NCBI GenBank assembly: GCA_964016885.1
Contig: OZ024742.1
Coordinates: forward strand, 22,754,001-22,818,000
DNA: 64,000 nucleotides
From: Eledone cirrhosa
Lineage: Eukaryota
Direction of reading: 5' to 3'
Shown: positions 1 to 13,756 of the stretch, one piece after another
How positions within the stretch are numbered: position 1 is the first letter of the stretch
Layout: each line of letters begins with the position of its first letter
The notes under the pieces: generated by a model
What the model was told of the DNA's origin: nothing
The model's input: only the letters and a program-made list of their open reading frames with translations
Databases searched by the model: none
Made by a program: the position numbers and the translations under genes

Positions 1-316
1 ACTGTGTAAGACACTTCTCTCTGTGTAATATATTTGTATCTATACAAATATAATATATTTGTGACACACACACACTTATATATATATACACGTATATATA
101 TATACGTATATATATATATATATATATGTATGTATATACTGTATATAATATATGTATGTAAAAGTATATACACACACGCGCAAATATAGTTATGAATGTA
201 TGTAGGCATTAAGGATAAAAGAATACAACAGTACTATGATGATATACTTTATTGTAACGCTTGATATAGTAGCAAAAGTGTCCTTAAGCATATATATACA
301 CACACAAATATATATA

Positions 317-403
<87 letters not shown>

Positions 404-691
404 TGTGCTTAACGGCACTTTATATATATATGTGTGTGTGTGTCTGTATATAATCAAATAATTACAGTACAGATGCACACAATGCACATATAAATATATA
501 ACGTGTGTTTGAATTCATATGTTTAATTAAACATCTATCAATATCCTATGATATACAACCTATAATGACCTTTGATGTGTTCAGATAATCTATATGATTA
601 GTAAAAGCGCTGATCTATTTAGTTAATATATATATGATATGTTTAGAAAATCTATGATTTTTTACAAGTATTCTACAGTGTCTATTTACAC

Positions 692-1029
692 CAGAGGTTC
701 TCAAACTTTTGGGGCCACCGCCACCCTCACTGCCACGTAAAACCCTCAGCGACACCCAGCCCTATTTACAGAGAGACCTGCCTACATATAAATTGTAAAT
801 AATATATAATAAATAAAATCGTTAATTTATATATAAATAATATAATATATAATATGTATAAATAAATATATATTTTTTATTCTACTATATTTATATATAT
901 ATGTATCATTTCATATTTGATATAATATCATATCATCTCTACCGACCCCCCATCACCCCCTTAGCCCCAGTGCCACCTGGACTTTCTCAACGTCCCCTGG
1001 GGGATGGTGGCGTCCACCGAGAACCTCTA
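692..1029. mobile_element. hAT-superfamily MITE
   Basis: TIRs CAGAGGTTCTC...GAGAACCTCTA; 8-bp TSD ATTTACAC at 684-691 and 1030-1037; no coding capacity. Confidence 0.85.
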
Positions 1030-1544
1030 ATTTACACTATATGTTTAGATATAATCTATCATATGCTGAACATGACTGAGTTCACCTCCCAATGTAGAGA
1101 GCTGGACAAATTACTTAAAATGATATATTGGACACTTTAACGATTCTGTCACTCCACCGTTTGTGACGTTACGACTATAATACAGTTATGACACAACAAC
1201 TTTACTGTTACGGCGTTACATCTATAACATTTGTTGGCGGCCGAAACACTGCCCCGCCATAGGAACAGAGCCCGTCACCCTCTCCCTTTCCCATCGTTTT
1301 CTTCCGTGATCTAAGAGTCCTTGCTCATTTCCTCCTTTTCTTCTAATTTATGGCATTTATTGTCCTTTCCTCTACAGCCAGATCTGCTCTTCTTTACCCT
1401 CCCCCTTAATTTTGTTTTTATCTTTTTTTTCATATTTCTATCATGGTATAACTTCTGTCTGTAAAATATAGTTTACATAATATGTTTATGTATAACAGAT
1501 TACCAAATAATATTTTTATTTATAGAAACTACTCACAATTTATT

Positions 1545-2105
1545 ATGACATTAAAACTGTAATATTCTGGCTATAACATTACAGCTATGACATTAAAACT
1601 GTGAGATTACAGCTATGACATTACAGTTATGACACTAGAGCCATGACATTACAGTTATGACAATACAGCTATGACATTACAGATAGGACATAATAGCTAT
1701 GACATTACAGTTAGGACATTACAGCTATGACATTACAGTTAGGACATAGCTATGGCATTACGGTTATGACATAACAGCTATGGTATTACAGTTATGACAT
1801 AACAGCTATAACATTACAGTTATGACATTACAGCTATGGCATTTCAGTTAGGACATTCCAGTTGTGACATTACAGTTAGGACACAATAGCTATGACATTA
1901 CAGTTATGACATTACAGCTATGATATTACAGTTATGACATAACAGCTATGACATTACAGTTAGGACATTCCAGCTATGGCATTACAGTTATGACATTACA
2001 GCTATGACATTACAGTTATGACATTACAGCTGTGACATTACAGTTAGGACATAATAGCTATGACATTACAGTTAGGACATTACAGCTATGACATTACAGC
2101 TATGT
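1545..2105 (+). repeat. 14-bp minisatellite (ACATTACAGYTATG)n
   Basis: Tandem units alternating CAGCTATG/CAGTTATG/CAGTTAGG; an inverted block of the same repeat lies at 2478-2598. Confidence 0.9.
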
Positions 2106-2395
2106 CTAAGTTCTAATGCCTGTCGCGAACCACGAAGCTTATTAGGCCGTTGCTTATCACGGTTTCCATGGTGTGAGGCGATGGCCAGTACTATATTTCC
2201 CCATGGAAAGGACGCCAGTTCAACGCAGGGTTATCTGCCCAACTATTGTTGGTATTAATTAGCAGCTGAGTATACTGGAGCGGCGAAATGAAGTGTTTTA
2301 TTGAAGAACACAACATGCAACCCAGTCCAGGAATCGAACCAACGTCATTAGGATCGGAGGTCCAACAACCTTACCACTACGGCATTACACCTCTC
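2106..2395 (-). mobile_element. tRNA-derived SINE (family 2), decayed
   Basis: Minus strand has an A-box-like GTAGTGGTAAGG and B-box GGTTCGATTCC, followed by TGTGTTCTT..AAAACACTT; a related copy lies at 9640-9880. Confidence 0.65.
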
Positions 2396-2477
2396 TTATT
2401 ACCACGATGTCATTACATTTATGCCGTTACGATAACAAAACTGTAAATCTATGAATTATAATTATGACATACAACTT

Positions 2478-2598
2478 ATGTCATAACTGTAATGTCATAG
2501 CTGTAATGTCATAACTGTAATGTCATAGCTATTATGTCCTAACTGTAATGTCATAGCTATTATGTCCTAACTGTAATGTCATAGCTGGAATGTCCTTA
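2478..2598 (-). repeat. inverted block of the 14-bp minisatellite
   Basis: (TGTCATAACTGTAA/TGTCATAGCTGTAA)n is the reverse complement of 1545-2105. Confidence 0.85.
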
Positions 2599-3126
2599 TT
2601 ACAGGTATGCCAGACCAACTGCGGTATTAGGAATATATTAAAACTATCACCTTATAACTACCATCATCAGTAAGGTTTGACACTATATCTTAGATTGAGT
2701 AAATGGAATGGAAAAGCCCTGTTTAAATCCTGGTGGGAGTTAAACGGGCTGCCAATAAAGTACCTTGGATAGGTAATTTAATGAATCCTGTTCGAAATAA
2801 TGAAACTCAAACCCAGGGCTGGATTTGAACTTAGTTGAAGAATGTCTTAACAAAACATACCTATTGGACATTCTAAAGAACTTGCTAGTTACATATTATT
2901 CATGTTATGACAAGTTTTTTTTCTCTTCAGAATTACATACAGCAATCATACATCGATTATATATTACGAGCATGTCAGAATTATATACAGTGACTATGTT
3001 ATATATTATGACAGTGCATTAGAATTGCACAAGAGAATCATATATATTATATATTGCGTGAAAAAATAATCCATTTTGGAGACATTTTACAGCATATTTA
3101 TAGCATGCATATATGCATACATAAAT

Positions 3127-3223
<97 letters not shown>

Positions 3224-4139
3224 TATATACATGCATGTACATAGAAGAAAGCACTCATAATCCTGAATTTTAAAGTCTGGTAGACATGAACGGTTACTAT
3301 AATAGATTTATTGATGGATTGTAAAAGGTATTTTTCAATTCCACCTTCTTCTATGATTAATGTGTAGCCAGAGAATACTTTGAGTTGATCAAAGTCATCG
3401 ATTCTAATTTGATTGATATCGTATGCTAGTTTGGTACTAGCTGTCACTTTTAAAATCTCATTAATCAAAGCGATAGCAAATAATAGCAATATATTATCTT
3501 GGTACGAATGTATTGATTTAATCCACATCGATTGATTTAGTACTGGTGTATCGATTTAGAAGTAGTTGCCGTTGATACAGCTCAAAGAAAGAAAATTGTT
3601 ATTGAAATAATCTGTCTGTTGGTAAGTGCCGTGGAATTGAAAACAAGTTTTCGGCGAAACGAATCAGCAATCTTGTTTACATTCCCATGTTTCAGTTTTC
3701 ACTACACTTGAAACATTTTTTTCGTTTTGGGAGGAAAAAAACAAAACATAAACAAACCATGAATGCTTTATCTCTGGCAGTGATGATCCACCATTGCATG
3801 AAACCTTTGAACATATATGTTCAATGAATTTATCTGCTTATCATATGCAATCAGAGAAAGATATCATTTGTATTCCTCTTGTTGAATTAGAATGACTGAA
3901 GATATACGCCATTGAATTACCAGTGTGTAGATATACAGATCAAATATATCTGTGCATGTGTTGAGAAGTGAATCTTATTCAGCTGTTCGACTGAGACAAA
4001 TTACAGCCTTTATTTGTAAAGTATTTATATTATATTGGCATATGTGACTCAACTACAGATACAGAAATATCTGAATGAGAAGAAATATATATGTGATGAA
4101 TGTGATATATACAAATACTACCCTCTAAGATGGTAATAA

Positions 4140-5500
4140 AATTAATATTGGACAATGCAGGCTTTGCTGTCTGTACCTGCGATAAGTTTTCAACTAATTT
4201 GTCGGCTCTGTACCCTGAAATTACAATGTTTTCATCCTATCTTGTAAATATTTTCTTCTGCCCCATACCCTCATTACTTGATTACCATAAATATGTCTAA
4301 GATCTTAGCTCTTTTATTATGTATATTTGGATGACGATTCCATATATACTACGGGTTGTCCTATTGGCCATAGCTTTGTAGTCCCAAAATAGCCCTTTAT
4401 AGCCAATTTATCATAACATACATTGCAATTAGGAATCTTAGTAGTACCTTATGTTTTTGTACCTTAGAATGTAGGCCTATGTTTGGGTATATTTTTATCA
4501 CACATTCTTCATTTAAATTTCAGGGTCATTTAGCTCAAAACAATGAATCATGCCCTACGGAGGGCTTGATATTTAAGTTAATTCACCGTTTAATATTCCT
4601 TATCTGATTTTGTCGTTATAAATTGACCAGCTATTTCTTCAGTTTTGATATCTGGAGCTTCATCAGCATGTCCCTTGAAGAATGTTTACTCTCTTGCTTT
4701 TCGTATTCAGTTGTTTTAAAAGAGATTAATGTTAGATTGGTTCATTTGGCTGACCCCAGAATTGTGTCGTCTTCGAATCGAAAGTGTGAGGTTTTCGCCG
4801 TCGATTCTTTTTCTAAATTAATCTTCTTTATAATTCTGTCCGCCTGGACCACGAGTCTGCCAGTGCATAGGCCCCCTCCCCCCTATTTGCTTTTAATAGT
4901 GAGAGATGGAGAGGGCGAGAGAAAAGGAGATAGTGGTTATACGAGCATTGCTGAAGTATTTAATAGAGTTAAAGATTAAGTGATTACAATAGTAACAGCG
5001 AAACTAGTGCAGTTTCCGAAACACTTCTGTAAGGAGTGTAGTTTAGGCATAATTACTTTGTCGGTTTGTATCGTCTGATAAAATATTTATCACGACGTTA
5101 GATATGTTTTAAGGTTTTCTGGATTTACATTATTGTTTGTAGTGACTGTTTTCATTGCTGGTATTTTGTAGTCCCCAAATGCTGAAACATTTGAGATATA
5201 TTATGTGGACGGTTTGCTCGCATTCTTCATGGCATATACGTGGTCAATGTTGGATTAAATACTACGAAATGTCGCTTGTTCACGTCATAGTCTGGCAATT
5301 CTGTTTGTTACGATGCTTGTAAATATCCTATATATGGGGTTTTGAACATATTTGTAGTTTAAGTGAAACAGCTACCACTGGGAAATGAACTAGAGCATCG
5401 AATTTGTTTGGTGAGGAGCAGACCATCTACAAGAATTAGAACATCTCAGTTTTTAAATAAGAGCAATTTGAGTTAATTAACCTTTCCTTAGGAGAAGTAA
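4140..5500 (-). pseudogene. highly decayed APE+RT LINE remnant
   Basis: Manual minus-strand translation gives motifs in LINE order: TFRSI*SNIDHVY and AFGDYK (APE C-terminus-like), KPSVGHDSL (KSPGPDG-like), LWPIGQP (YRPI-like); many stops. Confidence 0.4.
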
Positions 5501-6524
5501 AAGTTTTGTATTGTAATAGAATTAGTATTGGAGTTAGGTGATATATAATCTCTGTACGTGAAGAGACTAACTTGCTATATATGATGTAGTGTAAGTTGTT
5601 TGGCTTCATTTAACAGGGAAACTCTCAGCGACTAATTAAGTTATATATCACCACGTAGGAGTTATATGGTTACTTTTAAGATTTAATATCATATAAAACT
5701 GTAAGTAAATGAAAGCATTTTTACTAGAATATACTGAATAGAAATGTTGAAGAAAAATGTACTGTAGTTTTATTGAAAAATAGTTTCGGATTTAGAAAAT
5801 TAAAAAGAAAAAGAAAAATCTCTGCAGAATGGTAATAATAAAAATAAAGATAACAACATATATATTGCTTTAGGCAGAGGGGGAAAATATTTCACGAATC
5901 AATACAGTGAAAGTTTTCGATTACCCGGAGGCATGTTGAATGCGTTACATAGAAATAAGAAAAATACAAAAAAATAAAAATAAATAAAATAAAATAAAAT
6001 GAAATAAAATAAAATGAAAAAAACATATATAAAGAAATGGTCATCATATAAGAGAATTTCAATGAGAAATTGTTTTGTCGTATATATTTGAAGCGGAGTG
6101 GAAGAGAAATACCAGGGAAAAATCTATTTTTGAAATAAGATAGTAAACCAAAATTAAAATAAGTAGCAAACAAGCATTTTAAATGAGAGAGAAGGTAGGC
6201 AGTGAAACGTCGAATAAAGGAGTGAAATAGAACGACATTAGGCCAACCAAGAAGAAGAATTTTATAGTATTACAGAGTTTTAATTGATACTGCGGGTGGT
6301 GCGGTAGGTGGTATATAGAGGTTGAGTATTTATCGTAGAAGAAGCTGGATGAAAGTGAAACGAAATTAAACTTGAGTAATTGTTTTTCACAATTAAGAGA
6401 AAAACGAAATGAAATATGAAATGAAATTTAGAAATAAAATATTAGTTACTAGTATGATTCTACACAGATTTATTACTAGTGTACTGCTAACGGCAGCCAT
6501 AACAGATGGCAGCTGATGTTACGG

Positions 6525-6624
<100 letters not shown>

Positions 6625-6677
6625 TTATAAAGTAAGAAGAAATATTAGACATAAATAAACACACATTTTTTCTTCAA

Positions 6678-6774
6678 ATTCCCGACTGTACAGTTTCGTG
6701 GCTACTATGCAAAAATCCACCAATATCATAGAGATGTAACATTTTTGTGAGGTAGGCCAACTTTTCAAGGGAAC
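6678..6774 (-). ncRNA. type I hammerhead ribozyme, U3-A8 variant, long stem II insert
   Basis: ttccc-TTGAAAA-gttggcctac...gtagccac-GAAA-ctgtacag-TC-gggaa; stem III palindrome ACTGTACAGT. Confidence 0.75.
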
Positions 6775-6883
6775 ACCTCAGGGAAAAATTTCAAAACAGA
6801 TCTGCATCGCGTCAGAGAATCTCAAAAAGGCGGAGGGAAACACTATCACGTGTACCTCTCATTATTGTATATATATATATATA

Positions 6884-7240
6884 TTAGAAAGTGATGTTCT
6901 TTTTACAAAATGAAAAATAACCGAGGTGTCCTACACGAGTGAAAGTATAAAGAAAAAGAGATGAAATCGAAAATGCAACTGGAGTCTTATTTTTAAAAAA
7001 AATATATATATTTCTTTGGTTCCTTTACCGGTTTCGCAGTTCTTCTGCTTTTCAAAAGGTGAGTTGAGTTGGAGGGTCTGTGGTTTTTCTCACATCATTT
7101 CGGAGCGAACTACCCGTGTCCGTGGGAACCTGCAGACGTAGAATCAGCCAGATCCATACAGTGATCATGTCTCGAGCTACTTACCGGCGAAACAATTGTA
7201 ACACGCAATAAACTGAGTCCAGATGCATCACTGATTTTTC

Positions 7241-7245
<5 letters not shown>
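6884..7245 (-). mobile_element. Penelope-like element 3' end/pLTR fragment
   Basis: Homologous to 53862-54003 and 61640-61830 (the latter is linked to a GIY-YIG ORF); contains a hammerhead; bounded by (TA)n. Confidence 0.7.
7022..7059 (-). ncRNA. minimal hammerhead ribozyme, U3-A8 variant
   Basis: cctt-TTGAAAA-gcag aagaa ctgc-GAAA-ccgg-TA-aagg; all three stems pair; stem III palindrome ACCGGT. Confidence 0.8.
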
Positions 7246-7283
<38 letters not shown>

Positions 7284-7387
7284 AACAAGTAAGACCCCGA
7301 CGGCTGAGCTCAAGCCGTTTCGACGGCTAATTCTGTACTGTATATATACATACATACTTAAACACGCACACACGCACGCGCGGGCAG

Positions 7388-7482
<95 letters not shown>

Positions 7483-7598
7483 ATTCTGGCATTGTGTATT
7501 CTTTCGAGTTTGTATTCACTAACGGGAATTTAGTTTCCATATATACATCCATCCAGACATGCATCCCTATATACATTCATAGATAACTGCGTACAATC

Positions 7599-7634
<36 letters not shown>

Positions 7635-7642
7635 TATATACA

Positions 7643-7689
<47 letters not shown>

Positions 7690-7704
7690 CACATATTATA
7701 TACA

Positions 7705-7769
<65 letters not shown>

Positions 7770-8474
7770 CACATATTATATACATACCATACATAAACAC
7801 ACGTATATATATATATATATATATATATGCATGGAAAGTTCCTACACATTATCAATTATACATGTATGCATAGTTATCGTGAGATTATGTAATGGAATAT
7901 TTCATAGCTGTTTTCATAGCTGGTCTAACGCTTCCTATTAAATGCTATTTATTCATATAAAGATTTCATGATTCGAGTATTTAACCGTAATGGATTCTGT
8001 GTTGGGGACTGCAGCAGAACTATTTCTGCTGCAGCGCCTTATAGAAAGAGCTGAAGCAGAAAAGGAAAAACGAACCATGAACAGGAATAAGGGAGGAATT
8101 TTGGGACTGATATCTGCAGGGAATCATAAATTTTCACTGAAATAAAATTCGGTTGCAAAGTCGTTTATTGTAGAGTGAATACACAAGAAGACTGAATATA
8201 ATTCCAAATGGCCGCAGATAACAAATCACGTGACGTTTTGTAGTTATGGAGATGCTATTGAAATACTGTATTACAGTTGTGAGGCAGTGAACAATAGCAC
8301 ACTAACTGTGTACAAATACTGTGTAGAATTATTGCCTACATTTACACTATAAAATGACAAGCGTGTAACATCACTGTATACAATTACTGTGTTCAATTAT
8401 TAAGGTTGTATAATTACCGTGTGCAGTTATTGTGTACATTTACTTTATACGTACTACTATGTGCAATTACTGTA

Positions 8475-8830
8475 TCCACAAACTCAGGCTCTGCTACCTG
8501 TAATGCAGAGGAGAGGAAGATAGATCGAACGCTTTCTTTTTGTACCTATCATTGTCAAGAACTTTGGTATCCTTGGTCCCCACACTGGTGATTTTCTCCT
8601 TAAAATCTGATAGACAGCAGTTCACTTGAGGAAGGAGGCTCGTGAGATGGGGTGGCTATTGCAGCGAGTCTCCCTGACCATTCTCCGCGGTAATTCCCTC
8701 GCCAATTTGTCCACAGGTTGCAGCTGAAACACCGCTGACACTGGGGTGTAGAGTATGTCCCACTCTCAACCTTTCCTTCGTTGCTTAATTCTTTTTTATT
8801 TTTCTTCTTTTCATATTCCATGTTTTGTTC
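8475..8830 (+). mobile_element. decayed CRE-like non-LTR retrotransposon 3' fragment (RLE C-terminus)
   Basis: TNSGSATCNAEERK, FVPIIVKNFGILGP and WLLQRVSLTILRGNSLANL align by eye to the RLE tail at 62184-62892. Confidence 0.7.
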
Positions 8831-9639
8831 CCTTTAATAGTGTGTTTTGTTTTTGTATAAACATCTTTGAAAAATGAAATAGTCCAACTACTGAGTACAA
8901 CTAATATATTTCCTCTACACAAACATATTAATGTGAACTAATGTGTAACACTATTGTATATATTTACTGAGTGTAGTGTATGTTATTTATAATCCCTATG
9001 TACAATTTATGTGTAAAGTTGCTCCTTCTGCCCGGAATTGTTACCAGTAGGTAGTATCAGCAATAGGAAGATCAGTGGAAACATTGTTTCCATGGTCCGA
9101 TTTATTGAGTTCCACCTCACTCTGTAAGCGAATGAGGTTTGTGAACTTGTCGATCGATTAAAGAAGAGAAGAAGTATGTTATACTTTCGCTAATGGCTCT
9201 CTGTTCCCAGGAAGACAGGAGTAGGTAGAGATATACTCCTCGACTCCCCATCCTCAGTGAAGTAGATCTCAGATATGGAAGGTGGATGGAAAAGGAAGAG
9301 CTCCATCACAGAGCTGGTATTTTCTTTATCGAGCTCGAAATGTTTAAAGGTAAAGACAACATACCGGAGAGTTGAACACCGAGAGAAGAAAGCCAGAACA
9401 TATATTGCAATTCATTCTGTCACTGTTCTCACACTCTGTAAATCGGCCATCATAAAGTAGTCGTATACATACAAAATGTCCGGCATGTTGTGGTTGGAAA
9501 GCCTTTGTTTACAGATTTCTACTATCAGAGCTAGAAGTAGAGGTAAAGCCCCCCCCCATTCTGTCATGAATGGCATCGGACTTTGCACCTAGAAACTTCC
9601 TTTCCGAGGTACAAAATCTGAAAATCTGGGCAAGTTTTT

Positions 9640-9880
9640 TTGTGGAAGACCAGCTGTCGTCCAAGCATACCAGCCTCCCATCTCTATGTCACCAATGTTG
9701 TCCAAGGGAAAGGCAAAAGCCGATACAGCCTGGCACTAGTGCCGTAACTCATTTCTACAGCTGAATGAATTGGAATGACGTGAAATAATCAGAGACACAT
9801 CACACTGCTCGATCTGGGAATCGAACTCAAAGCCTGACAACTGTAAGCCAAAGGCTCTAATCAATAAACCATGCACCTTC
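9640..9880 (-). mobile_element. tRNA-derived SINE (family 2), decayed
   Basis: GGGAATCGAACTC (B-box, reverse complement) and CAGCTGAATGAATTGGA, similar to the 2106-2395 copy. Confidence 0.5.
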
Positions 9881-10333
9881 ACCGAGTTACCAATCAGAGG
9901 TTACTTGGTGCTTAATTAAAGCAAAAGAAACAAACCTTACCACAAATCATTTCGTCACGATCTCAGCCGATTCAGTTGAGCTAGTGGTGAAAATTTATTA
10001 AGAAAAATATTCTAAAATCCGCAGAGAACAAGAATTTCCGCTATCATCAATGGTTGGAGTTATGTCTGTAATTATCGAAAAGAACAGAATTAAGAGAAAT
10101 TCTTGGAATCACAAAATGCAGAGAAAAATAAATACAATTAAAAGGCTAAATCTGGTTTATAATCCTGTATTAACATCAATAAATCTAGGGTAATCCCTTT
10201 AATCTTTCTCCAAAAGAACTCGAAGCTTCTATTACTTTTTCAATGATTTTGTCAATTTGTTTTATATGAAGGAATTTGCGTTTTATTTTTGTACACGATC
10301 GTGTGTATATATACATATACATACACACACACA

Positions 10334-10390
<57 letters not shown>

Positions 10391-10446
10391 GCATATATGT
10401 TATAGAATGCTGTTAGCTTCTCGCTAAAACAATCTCTATACCTCTC

Positions 10447-10532
<86 letters not shown>

Positions 10533-10569
10533 GTATATATGTATATATATGTATATATATCTATATATG

Positions 10570-10667
<98 letters not shown>

Positions 10668-10751
10668 CTTACACACGTATATATATATATGTATATATAT
10701 ATACGTATATATATATGTATAAATATATATATATGTATAAATATATATATA

Positions 10752-13594
10752 AACAACACACCAAAACAATTAAAACCATCCACTCTCGCCTCAACATTTT
10801 TACTTAACGCCCAAGGCATCAGCCCTTCCACCAATACTCAAAAATGGAAGATCAAATTCCTGGAGGACTGGGTTGATGTCCATCCAAACCACATCCCTTT
10901 CTTCGTCCTCACTGAAATCCATCTCAGTAACCTCCACTTGGAAGCCGAGGTGAAAGTGAAAAATTTCAAAGCCATCCGTGCTGATCGCGCTGGCAGAAGA
11001 AAGGGTGGGAGTGCCATTTATGTCCATAATTCTTTCTCAACAGAGGCTATGAACATATTTACTAATGGATACTGCGAAGCAGTCACTGTATTCAGTCAAA
11101 CCAACAACCTAATAGTAGTTGGGCTCTATAGGCCACCCCAAACGCATGTACCATGCTTCAAGGAATGCCTCAACAGCATAAAGTGTTTCATCCAAGCGTG
11201 TCACCCTGACAACATCTTAATGATGGGGGACTTCAACCTCCCCGGAGTTGACTGGTCCACAAACAGCCTGCCACCAGGTTCTTCTGCCTCAACCTCTGAT
11301 AGGGAAGCAGTGGAATCGCTTCTTGACTTCATGGATGATTTCTTCCTGTCCCAACTGGTGCTCGAACCAACGAGGTGCCACAAAAACGTCCTAGACTTAA
11401 TTTTCAGCAATCACACTGACAATATCCACAATATTGCAGTGGAGAAAACTCTACTCTCTGATCATGACATGGTTCTCTGTGATCTGAGATTCCACCGTCC
11501 AATATACAAACCCAATGTCATCTCTCCTGTCCATCCGTTTGACGCTATGGATTTCCACAATGCAAACTGGGAAGCGATCAGTCATGATCTTGCACATGTC
11601 GACTGGTCCTTCACGCACACTCATACACCCACTAACATCAAAAAGTCCTGGCAGACATTTGTGGACACTGTTACAAACATATGTGCAAAACACACCCCAT
11701 TAAGAACTATAAACAAATCTAAGAGCAGAATCCCTAGAAATAGAAAAACGCTCATCAGGAAAATTAAGAGAACGAACAAAAAAATCAACAAGCTGAAATA
11801 CTGTCAGCAGCAACACATCAACTTGACTGCCATTTCATCACTAGAGATTAAAAAACATAACCTCCAAAACAATATGATGTCTATCATCAACAATCAGAGA
11901 AGAGCTGAAGAGGCCTGGGCCATTGAGAAGATCAAACTCAATCCCAAAGTGTTCTTTTCATTTGCAAAAAAAAACACAAAATTACTGGCTCCACTGTTGG
12001 CCCTCTAATTGATGAAAAAGTCACTCTTCAAGACAATGCTAAAACCATGGGTGAGATACTGCAGAAACAATACTGCTCTGTTTTCAGCAATCCTGATATG
12101 GCCGATCTGGGCTGTATCGGCGATGTTACTCCCCATTACACCTTATCGGACATAACGTTTGGCGCCCCTGATGTCTTAGCGGCAATAAAGGAAATCAAGT
12201 ATAATTCAGCAGTAGGTCCCGATAGGTTCCCTGCTTGTGTCTTGAAGGCGTGTCAACACCAACTTGCATCTCCTCTTGCCAATCTGTGGAGGAACTCACT
12301 GGATGCTGGATATGTGCCAGAAAACCTTCTATCCCAGTCTGTTGTCCCAGTTTTCAAAAAAGGAAACAAATCCCTTGCCGTGAATTACCGTCCAATCTCA
12401 CTCACCTCTCATATCATTAAGGTATTTGAGAGAGTGGTGAGATCGCGAATGACTCACTTCCTTGAGAGTAACAATATGCTGAACTCCAAGCAGCATGGAT
12501 TCCGTAATGGAAGGGATTGCCTGACGCAGCTGCTGCATCACTTTGATGACATTTTGAGAGCCTTGGGAGAGGGTTCCAACACTGATGTTATCTACCTTGA
12601 TTTCAGCAAGCCCTTTGACAGGGTTGATCACAACATTCTACTGAGAAAGCTGTCAAATATTGGTGTCACTGGAAAGCTGCTGCAGTGGATCAAGAGCTTC
12701 CTGTCAAACAGAACCCAACATGTTGTAGTCGAAGGAGTCAAATCCAGCCCAGCCAAAGTCAGTAGTGGGGTCCCACAAGGCACTGTGTTGGGCCCACTTC
12801 TCTTCATCATCTATATTAATGACATCACTGACATCATCAAACACAGCAACATTAGAATTTTCGCTGATGATTCCAAGCTCCAAAAGGTCATCGATGGCGT
12901 GGATGACCGGATAAGCCTTCAGTCAGACCTACTGGCTGTTACCCAATGGGCGGAAAAGAACAACATGTTACTGAACGAAGACAAATTCGAACTGATCCAC
13001 TTTGGAAAAGAGGATGCGCTGAACCTCCCGTACTCCCTTCCCTCCGGTGAAACTCTCGTGGCATCTAACAACATCAGAGACTTGGGAGTAACCGTGGACA
13101 GCAACATAAGCTGGGCCACGCATATAAGCAGCAAAGTTGACATGGCTCCCCAAAGGGCAATCACGAAAAAGGTAGATGGCATGTCAGACCTTGACTACTG
13201 GGGTCGACTAGAAAAGCTGAAACTTTACTCACTCCAACGTCGCCGTGAGCGTTATATTATCTGCATGATGTGGAAAATGTTTCATCATCACTGCCCAAAT
13301 GATGTTGGCATCACCTTCAAATTAGATCCAAGGCTTGGGCCCCGTGCTATCCGTCCCAAACAAAAATCTAAATCGCAACTCATAACAACAATACGGCACA
13401 ATTATTTCACCTCAATTGGCCCTGCTCTCTTCAACATCACACCAGGTCACGTCAAAACAGAAACTGACCACACAAAATTCAAGAAGTCTTTGGACAAATT
13501 CCTCCAAGTAATCCCGGACAAACCATCCACACCCGGATATGTCTCCGAAAACAGTAATTCTCTTCTCGATTGGGCCATGGTGCCCAAATCCTGA
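10752..13594 (+). pseudogene. CR1 ORF2 (endonuclease-RT) with a frameshift near 11970 and an in-frame deletion near 13148
   Basis: ORFs 10521-12008 and 12047-13594 are joined across an A-run; the KVDMA|PQRA junction lacks the usual LEY..W block. Confidence 0.85.
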
Positions 13595-13680
13595 ATTGAA
13601 AGACTTCGCCAGGTGGTGCTATTAAGTTAGACATGGCCTGGGCCAATACTGGCCAAAACATTTCAAAGTTATTCAAAGTT
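10752..13680 (+). mobile_element. CR1-group LINE, 5'-truncated (ORF2 only), inserted in (TA)n
   Basis: APE motifs (LTE, GLYRPP, GDFN, LDL, SDH); RT motifs (NYRPISLT, QHGF, SGVPQGTVLGP, FADD); short TTCAAAGTTA tail repeat. Confidence 0.92.
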
Positions 13681-13756
13681 ATATATATATATATATATGT
13701 ATATATATACATATATATATATGTGTGTGTGCATGTATGTATATATATACATATTA

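Noticed and set aside
1545-2105. CRISPR-like periodic repeat
   Set aside because: No unique spacers, eukaryotic context, no cas genes
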